64,000 bases of DNA. Origin: an uncultured Bacteroidales bacterium. GTDB taxonomy: Bacteria; Bacteroidota; Bacteroidia; Bacteroidales; PUMT01. The first letter of the stretch is position 1. Every line of letters starts with the position of its first letter. The notes under the pieces were generated by a model. It was given only the letters and a program-made list of their open reading frames with translations. It was not told the origin of the DNA and did no database searches. The translations under genes were made by a program, and so were the position numbers. The stretch is taken from NCBI GenBank assembly GCA_964520585.1, contig CAZFOO010000005.1, positions 6,180 through 70,179 on the forward strand. Reading direction: 5' to 3'. Of the stretch, positions 1 to 6,388 are shown in pieces.

Positions 1-380
1 TTAGCTGAATGTGCCTGAACGGTGCAGATTTTATGTTAAAGTAATTTCCCGGCATTGTATGTAAAATATTTTGTTTGTCAGCTATAATGATATTATGTCT
101 GCGCTCCACTGCGTTTCGCTTGCCCTCGCCATTTTTTACCACACATCAACCCCAATTGCTTTTAAAAAATTTTTCATTCAGAATATGTGAAAAATTTTTG
201 TATACGCAATGCCACTACACCTGCCTGCACTGCGGTTATATTGCCCGCGCTCAAAAAAGTTTTACTTTATATTAACTGACTTAATATCTTTATAATTAAT
301 TTTTTAAGTATTAACTATCATTTCTAATATCTAATAAATCTACTCCCGCATAAGTATATGCAAATTTCGCCGGTTGCCGG

Positions 381-545
381 CTCAATTTTGCTATACACAT
401 GCTCATCTCACGCTCATAAAACCAAAAAACAAGGCTGGCATCAAATCCGGGTAAAACTACGGCTCATTTCTCCCCTTTGCATTTTAACTCGTTCCTTCCG
501 GTGGTCGTCACTCAGACAAAAATGCACCGGCCCCTCTCCTCTCGA
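381..545 (-). repeat. C-repeat, diverged copy C3
   Basis: Read on the minus strand it shares GAGGAGAGGGG, AGTTTTACCC and AGCAAAAT blocks, in the same order, with copies at 1451-1577 and 3181-3305. It has extra internal sequence. Alignment was by eye only. Confidence 0.3.
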
Positions 546-743
546 ATCCTCCCCTTGTTTTAGCGCCGGATTTCCTGAAGGCCTTTTATTTTTGGTTTTT
601 ACGATAAAATTCAATTGGTATATTATGAAGCGAGTGAGATCAAGCGATTCACATTCCTTTCCTAACCAAGTGACTATTCTGTCAGTGTATTTATGTAGAT
701 TATTTGAAGGTTGTGAAGAATAAAGTCAAACCTAAAAAACTGC

Positions 744-1052
744 TTATAATTCTACTTTTAATTTCAATTGTTTACCGAATCCTTCCCGAATTATTCGCAT
801 TAAGGTTGATAATCTGATATCGGAGGCATTATTCTCAATCCGGGAAATGTATGTCTTTGTTGTACCGCATTTCCTGGCTAATTGCTCTTGGGTCAATCCA
901 TTTTCTTTCCTAAGCTCCTGGATCATTACACCAAGCTTAAATGCTTCGAATCCTTCTTCAAAATCCTCCCTTTCCGGAGTACCTCTTTTTCCGTATTGTT
1001 GGTCAAGATGATCCTCAAACGATGTCAAATTATTATTTGATTTCTTTCTCAT
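744..1052 (-). CDS. XRE-family HTH antitoxin, HigA-like
   Basis: The C-terminal Cro/C1-type HTH reads LTQEQLARKCGTTKTYISRIENNASDIRLSTL. An internal ATG at 1052 (MRKKSNN) overlaps the upstream toxin ORF by 20 nt. The longer ORF reaches 1130. Confidence 0.75.
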   Translation of the reverse strand: MRKKSNNNLTSFEDHLDQQYGKRGTPEREDFEEGFEAFKLGVMIQELRKENGLTQEQLARKCGTTKTYISRIENNASDIRLSTLMRIIREGFGKQLKLKVEL

Positions 1053-1386
1053 AAAAGTATTGTTCTTTAAGTTTCTCTGCTTTTTCAATCTCTCTTTTAG
1101 GTGTTTTCCGTGTTTTCTTCTGGAAACCATTTATTAGTATTATCAATTTCCCCTTATCAAAAAAACTGAAAACCCTGTAAATATTACTTCCAATTTCAAC
1201 ACGAATCTCATATAAACCATCTGAATTCTCTATATGTTTAAAAAACTTAACAGGAACTCTTTCAACAGTTGCTATCAATTTCAATGTCCAGTTGAATTTC
1301 TTTTTTACTTCATTATCAAGAGAATTGAAAAAATCCAGGTAATAATGTTTGTAATAGAAAATATTCCTGATATTTTTCTCATTCAT
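1033..1386 (-). CDS. RelE/ParE-superfamily toxin, HigB / phage Gp49-like
   Basis: The 117-aa protein carries a pattern typical of Gp49/DUF891-type toxins: LYEIRVEIGSNIYRVFSFFDKGKLIILINGFQKKTRKTP. It lies upstream of and overlaps an XRE antitoxin, the HigBA gene order. Confidence 0.7.
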   Translation of the reverse strand: MNEKNIRNIFYYKHYYLDFFNSLDNEVKKKFNWTLKLIATVERVPVKFFKHIENSDGLYEIRVEIGSNIYRVFSFFDKGKLIILINGFQKKTRKTPKREIEKAEKLKEQYFYEKEIK

Positions 1387-1450
1387 AATGCAAAGTTAGC
1401 TAATTAGGTAACTTATTCCAAGAGAAATACGTTTAATTTTGATTTTTATG

Positions 1451-1577
1451 CACCCATTTTGCTTGCTTTGCTTCACAAAAAGAGTGTTCAGCAATGCAGG
1501 ATCCGGTAAAAGGGGTAAAACTTTTTCCCGCCCAGTAATATAACCTGATAAATTCTGCTCTTCCCCTCTCCTCACCT
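1451..1577 (-). repeat. C-repeat copy C1
   Basis: The first 50 nt match copy C2 (3181-3230) at 49 of 50 positions, and the next ~75 nt match at ~75 percent. Similarity stops exactly at CACCCATTTT (plus strand). The end lies 64 nt upstream of the HigB-like start. Confidence 0.6.
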
Positions 1578-1699
1578 GCAAACCAGCACGACAAAGTATT
1601 GGAGTCAATCGGATTAGATCTCCTCCTGTAGAGCCTGTAAAGGGGTCTGATAGCCAACTCGGCTGAGAGGAATGCAGAATTTTATACCAAAGCTATATT

Positions 1700-2179
1700 A
1701 TGGTTATATTAAATGGAGACTTTATTGATTTGTCACACTTCGAAATAGTTTTTGATGGGACCTTTTTCTTCATTAATTCAAGACCCAATGATAAGATATC
1801 TTATATTAATAACCATTTGTATTTGCAATCGGAATTATACGAAGGTTATTTATATGAACTACAAGATATTGGGAAACATACAGAATTAATTGTACTTTTA
1901 TTGTATATTACTGAAATTACACTGAATCCAAATTTAAGGCAAGATTTTAATTCACGTTTGGCAACCAAATCTGCAGGTTGTTCTTTTTGGGATACTTATC
2001 ATGTCATTGCTTTTGGATTTAGTGAAAGTGAAGCAGAATATAATTTAGCTTCCGAAATTGATAAATATGAAGCTCCTGGTGGGGCAATGGAGTTTTGTCG
2101 CAAAATTGGGACAATGAATTCATCATGTGGAATCGGTGAACATTTGTGTGTTGCCTCACAAACTTATTGTTGTGATTAA
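1700..2179 (+). CDS. hypothetical protein, Cys-rich C-terminus
   Basis: 159-aa ORF with an ATG start and no recognisable motif. The C-terminus has six Cys (CRKIGTMNSSCGIGEHLCVASQTYCCD). It is followed 22 nt later by a small membrane ORF. Confidence 0.4.
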   Translation: MVILNGDFIDLSHFEIVFDGTFFFINSRPNDKISYINNHLYLQSELYEGYLYELQDIGKHTELIVLLLYITEITLNPNLRQDFNSRLATKSAGCSFWDTYHVIAFGFSESEAEYNLASEIDKYEAPGGAMEFCRKIGTMNSSCGIGEHLCVASQTYCCD

Positions 2180-2201
2180 ATATTAATTAAACTCTACGAT
2201 A

Positions 2202-2414
2202 ATGAATATTCAATTTATTTTGGGACCATTTGGAGTTATATTCATACTCCTGATTTATTTATCATTAACCCTTTCAGCCTTATTTATCATGTTTAAAAAG
2301 GAACAGTCTTATGAACTCTTTCTCTGGTTTTTAGTAATTGTATTTTTGCCATTTATTGGTTCACTACTGTATCTTTTTAAACATATAGTTAATTCGAAAA
2401 CAACACGTAATTAG
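2202..2414 (+). CDS. small two-TM membrane protein, PLDc_N-like
   Basis: 70 aa with two hydrophobic helices. The motif FLWFLVIVFLPFIGSLLYLF resembles the cardiolipin-synthase N-terminal (PLDc_N) domain. Confidence 0.5.
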   Translation: MNIQFILGPFGVIFILLIYLSLTLSALFIMFKKEQSYELFLWFLVIVFLPFIGSLLYLFKHIVNSKTTRN

Positions 2415-2430
2415 ATTAACTCATAAAAAC

Positions 2431-2468
2431 AAATATCCACCATTATGGATGATGGATATTTGTTTTTA
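2431..2468 (+). terminator. intrinsic terminator after 2202..2414
   Basis: Hairpin ATATCCA(C)CAT / ATG(A)TGGATAT followed by TTGTTTTTA. It has an A-rich 5' flank, so it could act in both directions. Confidence 0.5.
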
Positions 2469-2715
2469 TCCGAATCGATTCTTACAGAGAAAAGAGCTGG
2501 TTTTGAGCATAATGGGAAGGTGGAAGCAACAGGTGAAGTCGCTGACCCTGGTATTGTAAACCTTACTGAATATCACAAACGGGAAATTATAATTGCCTTC
2601 CGGTACAGGGGGGTGCTTCCCAAATTTCTGTCGCACTCCAGGATGACTGGAGACTGCAATATTATTTTTAAAAGTAGTGCTCCAACAGGTTCTCATCTAT
2701 TAAAAAACGAACCAT
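2466..2715 (-). pseudogene. DUF5615-like (PIN/Mut7-C-like) toxin candidate, frameshifted
   Basis: An ATG at 2715 gives MVRFLIDENLLEHYF then a stop. The +1 frame continues as KNNIAVSS...NTRVSDFTCCFHLPIMLKTSSFLCKNRFG. The two frames join if one base is removed in the T4/A5 run at 2665-2673. FLIDENL and T-x-x-S-D-F resemble DUF5615 motifs. It lies 35 nt downstream of a DUF433 gene. Confidence 0.35.
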
Positions 2716-2750
2716 TATGTTAAAAGCTTAATAGAAAAATTACTTTTCAT

Positions 2751-2948
2751 TTAATCAGCTGCAAATTTGATACAGGCATTAATATCACCAGGTTCAAGAG
2801 ACGGATATTGAGCAAGAATATCCTCGGCAGAATCTCCTGCTGACAGAAACTCGAGTAAAGTTTGAACTGTAATTATCGTGCCCCTGATTGTAGGGCGACC
2901 ATTACAAATATTGTCATCTATGGTAATACGTTCTGCAATATATTCCAT
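2751..2948 (-). CDS. DUF433 domain protein (antitoxin-like)
   Basis: The 65-aa protein has the DUF433 core DDNICNGRPTIRGTIITVQTLLEFLSAGDSAEDILAQYPSL. Confidence 0.8.
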   Translation of the reverse strand: MEYIAERITIDDNICNGRPTIRGTIITVQTLLEFLSAGDSAEDILAQYPSLEPGDINACIKFAAD

Positions 2949-3180
2949 TACACATTATTTTATTTTTGAAAGTAAACTGATTGAAATCTGCTGTGATCCT
3001 TTATAATTATAAAAATACAAATCTTTTTTTATTATCTTAACGAAATAAAAAACTTATTATTTATAAAGTTTATGCCATTGAGGATAAGCCTGGTGAATAT
3101 TTCCAAGTCCATAGATTTAGTGCTTCTCCTTACTCAGAATGCAGGATGGATATAAGGGAATGCCCTTAACACTTAGTTCA

Positions 3181-3305
3181 CACCCATTTTGCTTGCTTCG
3201 CTTCACAAAAAGAGTGTTCAGCAATGCAGGCTCCGTAATTTGAGTAAAACTTTTTCCGCATCCGTTAATATAACATGATAAATTCTGTTTTCCCCTCCCC
3301 TTCCC
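3181..3305 (-). repeat. C-repeat copy C2
   Basis: See C1. It has the same terminal sequence, CACCCATTTTGCTTGCTT(C/T)GCTTCACAAAAAGAGTGTTCAGCAATGCAGG. It lies ~230 nt upstream of the DUF433 start on the same strand. Confidence 0.6.
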
Positions 3306-3852
3306 GAATGTCGGTCAAAGATCCAACCTGCTTATCTGTCGTCAGTGGGTCTGGAACCACGTGTACGAGTGTAAATTTCACTTGAAAAGTATACCACTGT
3401 TTCAGTTGAAAAGTGTACCACTTTAATGCAAGATTAATAATTATTTTTCATTGATAAAAGTTAAGATTGTTTCCATGAGCAGTGGAGCATGCTCCCTGTA
3501 TGATGAAAATTCGGTGCCCGCGGCCAGCACTCTCCTTTTACCTTATTAACTATTAATTGCTTAACCATTTTTTAGTTTCTTTTACCCGGTAAGATTTACC
3601 TTGTTTATGGAAACCTTTCCATAAGAATGGACCAAGCTACCGTGAATATCAGGGTAAACTGTTACAGGAAAAATACAATAAGTAAAACTATAAAGGCGAG
3701 CAGCTTCCTTCAGGCTCGTATTGCCCGATAAGTGAACCCTGTTTTAAATCCCGTTTCCGAAGTAAAAAAACTTGTCCGGTTTAGTTCATTTTACAGATTT
3801 TGTAAATATTAATTATGCTGATACTACAAAAGGGTGGCAGCGTTTTGCTCCG

Positions 3853-4113
3853 TCAGGTGGCAGTGTTAAGAACCGAAACTGAAATGGATATTGAATTTTC
3901 GTTTATTGCCTTGTCCAGTTTTAACAAAACTCCTGTCAAACCATCACCAGTGAACGATGAAATCTTGTTGATTCGGTTTATCCCGCAAAAAGAAGCCATG
4001 ATAATAGAAATCAATACCTGGTTCACTCCGAACCTGGTAGCGCTATGCCACCGGCTTGGGAACAGGGTACTAACCGATTTTATGATGCCTTGCTTGTTCA
4101 TGTATTTTGCCAC
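3853..4113 (-). pseudogene. N-terminal fragment of an IS4/IS1380-like DDE transposase
   Basis: The 86-aa ORF reads RFGVNQVLISIIMASFCGINRINKISSFTGDGLTGVLLKLDKAINENSIS. This follows the N-terminal pattern of IS4/IS1380-type transposases. Downstream frames at 3560-3640 give broken SYGK / FHKQGKSYRV-like pieces. No intact DDE domain is present. Confidence 0.35.
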
Positions 4114-4310
4114 CGTATTTAAAACTGAATACTTCGCGATATTATTTCCTGTAAATGAATGTTTTACAACTTTTGATTGGCCTTTTAATTTTTTCTTTGT
4201 ATATTTTATCCTGAAAGTGATGTTTTTTGCTGAAATTTCTGCTTATAACGACTTGAAAATAAACAATTAACATCACTTTTTTTAATTTTTAATTTACTTT
4301 TTTAAATACC

Positions 4311-5597
4311 ATGATTATGAAAAACCTGATATTCATTATCCTCCTCGCAGCAAGCACCAATCTTTTATACGCTCAAACAATTGAAAAGACAGTCGATGCA
4401 TTGGTTTCGCCAAAGATTGCAGAAAAAGAAATTACGGTTGGTGGAAACGATGCCGATGTTTGCGGTTTTACCAACCAGTCCATCCAGTATGCCATTGATG
4501 CTGTTGCCAAAACAGGCGGAACGGTGAAACTGAACCCTGGGCAATACGAAATTACCGCTCCTGTGCAAATGAGATCGAATGTAAAATTAGTGGGTTCCGG
4601 CAGGGAAACCATTTTGAAACGGGGGAAAGGTATTCAAACCCGGTTTGTGGTGGATGCCGATTATGCAGAATTGAAACTCACTGTGGAAAATTCCGACGGT
4701 TTCGAACCGGGCATGAAAATTCAGGTAACCGACCAGAACAACAGTTCCTGCTGGAATGTTTCCACGGCTTACATCACCGATATTCAGGATGATATGATTT
4801 ACATCGACAGCTACCTCATTCGCGATTACCGTTCCGATCGTGATGGGCTGGTTTCCAATGCGTCTTCAGTTATCGAAGTAATCGGGGCTGAAAATGTGCT
4901 CATTTCCAACCTTACTGCCGACGGCAACCGTGCTGAAAACTTTTTTGCCGACGGCTGCAACAGCGCGGGAATTCTTATGATAAAATCGAAAAAAGTTACG
5001 GTGGACAAGGTTCATGTCAAAGATTTTAATGGCGAAGGAATTAGTTGGCAAATCACTGAAAATGTAACCATTCAAAACAGCGAAATTTCAGGCAGTGGCA
5101 ATACAGGGATGCACCCAGGCACGGGATCGCCTTTCACTGTTATTGAAAACAATGATGTGCATCACAACGATAACGACGGTTTGTTCATTTGCTGGCGAGT
5201 TTATCAAAGTTCGGTTACCAACAACCGTTTTCACCATAACGGAAGGTTTGGCATTTGCACTGGTCATAAAGATTCTGATGTCATTTTTATCGGAAACCAT
5301 ATTTTCGAAAACGGCAGCGATGGTGTTCACCTGAGGGGCGAACGGGAATCGAATGCTCCACACCGCAACACGTTTGTGAAAAATGTAATTGAAAATAACG
5401 GCACGAAAAACGGAGGTTACGGTTTTTCTGTCAATTCGCCCGCCCGCGATTTGGTGCTGAAAGAGAATATTTTCAGGAGTACAGGCGAGAAAACACAAAA
5501 AGCGGCTGTTTACATTCAATCCAACGGACTTTCGCCTGAACTTATTAATAATCAGATGGAAGGACATCCGGAAGGAGATGTGGTTGAGGAAAAATGA
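4311..5597 (+). CDS. secreted right-handed parallel beta-helix repeat protein
   Basis: It has a signal peptide (MIMKNLIFIILLAASTNLLYAQ). Repeated PbH1-type units are visible: IENNDVHHNDNDGLFI, VTNNRFHHNGRFGICTG, FIGNHIFENGSDGVHL and VIENNGTKNGGYGF. Confidence 0.75.
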   Translation: MIMKNLIFIILLAASTNLLYAQTIEKTVDALVSPKIAEKEITVGGNDADVCGFTNQSIQYAIDAVAKTGGTVKLNPGQYEITAPVQMRSNVKLVGSGRETILKRGKGIQTRFVVDADYAELKLTVENSDGFEPGMKIQVTDQNNSSCWNVSTAYITDIQDDMIYIDSYLIRDYRSDRDGLVSNASSVIEVIGAENVLISNLTADGNRAENFFADGCNSAGILMIKSKKVTVDKVHVKDFNGEGISWQITENVTIQNSEISGSGNTGMHPGTGSPFTVIENNDVHHNDNDGLFICWRVYQSSVTNNRFHHNGRFGICTGHKDSDVIFIGNHIFENGSDGVHLRGERESNAPHRNTFVKNVIENNGTKNGGYGFSVNSPARDLVLKENIFRSTGEKTQKAAVYIQSNGLSPELINNQMEGHPEGDVVEEK

Positions 5598-5823
5598 ATT
5601 TAACTTAAAAATCCAAATTGAATTTTTTGAGCCGGTTTTAATTCCGGCAATAAGACAAAAGTTATTTTATAGTGGATCGACTCTTACAGAGAATAGAGCT
5701 TATTGTGAGCATAATGGAAAGATGGAAGTAACAGGTGAAATCATCTCCGGTAAGGAAGTCCTTGCGCTGCTCACGGAAGGTGTATTCAATACTGTCAGTT
5801 AGGAATAAAGTCACCACCGGGGT

Positions 5824-6143
5824 AACAAAAACAAAGCCGGGAACTTTTCCTGACGAAAAAATTCCCGGCTCACTCTTCGCGGCGAACCGCTTAAGTGTCA
5901 AGCTACTGTTATTATGACTGACCTCTGTTAACTGATCCCGGAGGATCTGTTCCGAAGGTCCTGACCTTGTTCCGATCAGCTTTTTACGGCTGATGTTCAC
6001 GCTGGTCACCGTTCCTGTTATGCGGCCTGAAGTTTTTCCCGGAGGAAATCCTTCGTTTGACCTGACCGAAATATTCAAACTCTGAGGCCTGGATCATTTC
6101 AGCTTAACATCTCAAAGAACAAGTCTTTTATCCCTCACTTGAT
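5824..6143 (-). ncRNA. candidate ~320-nt structured RNA of unknown class (R-RNA copy 1)
   Basis: The span is bounded by a promoter motif (6148-6180) and a terminator. The terminator is a 13-bp stem, GCCGGGAAUUUUU/AAAAGUUCCCGGC at 5836-5869, followed by UUUGUUUUUGUU. Internal hairpins include GCGG-UUCG-CCGC, AUCAGC-N8-GCUGAU, GAUCC-UCCG-GGAUC and UUUCC-UCCG-GGAAA. It is visibly more GC-rich than the flanking intergenic DNA. Confidence 0.4.
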
Positions 6144-6147
6144 GAAA

Positions 6148-6180
6148 CAAATATAGCACTGAAAACCTGTTTTCTGCAAG
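6148..6180 (-). promoter_or_regulatory. Bacteroidota-type promoter motif for R-RNA copy 1
   Basis: The minus strand reads cTTGcag-N-gtgcTATATTTGtttcAtc. This is TTG, a 21-nt spacer, then TAnnTTTG. Confidence 0.45.
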
Positions 6181-6388
6181 TTTTTTGAACCGTTTTTGTA
6201 AACAGGAAAATAACAACGGTTATCAACATTTTGTTAATTCATTTAAGCTTTTGTAAATTAATTAATTATGCGATAATTGTTGCCAGAACAGCATCTGTTA
6301 TCAACAAAAATAAATTTAAATATGCCGGGTTATCAACATCCAGTAAATACCAGACATTAAAAAACTACCCTGTGAAATAGTTGAATTT

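Larger units (their letters stand above)
5803..6312. repeat. R direct repeat, copy 1 (510 bp)
   Basis: It matches 9059-9568 at a constant offset of 3256 bp. I read three mismatches in the first ~20 nt and none from 5824 to 6312. The ORF track shows identical translations up to the mismatched end (5662..6078 vs 8990..9334). Confidence 0.9.

Noticed and set aside
75-723. ORFs 75..275 and 358..723 as genes
   Set aside because: There are no motifs, and the region consists of diverged C-repeat fragments. They are likely non-coding.
381-3305. C-repeats as integron attC sites (a cassette array with toxin-antitoxin cassettes)
   Set aside because: I found no RYYYAAC/GTTRRRY core sites at the repeat ends and no convincing imperfect palindrome across the unit. 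No intI integrase is in the window, and one intervening cassette has the opposite orientation. The idea is kept only as something for IntegronFinder to test.
3815-4270. 151-aa plus-strand ORF
   Set aside because: It overlaps the opposite-strand transposase-like fragment, which has the more protein-like sequence. Its own translation is low-complexity and hydrophobic.
5662-6078. 138-aa ORF (and its twin at 8990..9334, 114 aa) spanning the R repeat, read as a possible protein gene
   Set aside because: The ORF runs straight through a 13-bp GC-rich terminator hairpin and U-tract. Its composition is odd (S/G/T/R-rich) and it has no recognisable motif. It starts inside the hairpin-rich region. The long open frame is more likely a by-product of locally higher GC content. 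Coding is not formally excluded.
5824-6143. Assignment of the R element to a known RNA class (cobalamin/TPP/Moco riboswitch, SRP RNA, RNase P, tmRNA, 6S, group II intron domain V)
   Set aside because: It has no GCCACUG or B12 box and no GGGAA-GGUG core, no CUGAGA thi-box, and no GAGGAAAGUCCGGGC RNase P block. It lacks a tRNA-like tmRNA end. The GGUCAGGACCUUCGGAAC segment looks superficially SRP-like but cannot form the helix 8 stem or tetraloop. The terminal hairpin starts GAGCCG but lacks the bulge and GNRA loop of domain V. All comparisons were by eye, so a covariance-model scan is still needed.
6219-6338. TTATCAACA boxes as DnaA boxes or a replication origin
   Set aside because: Each box differs from TTATCCACA by one base. 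There is no dnaA or dnaN, no AT-rich unwinding element arrangement, and the boxes are part of a duplicated accessory unit.
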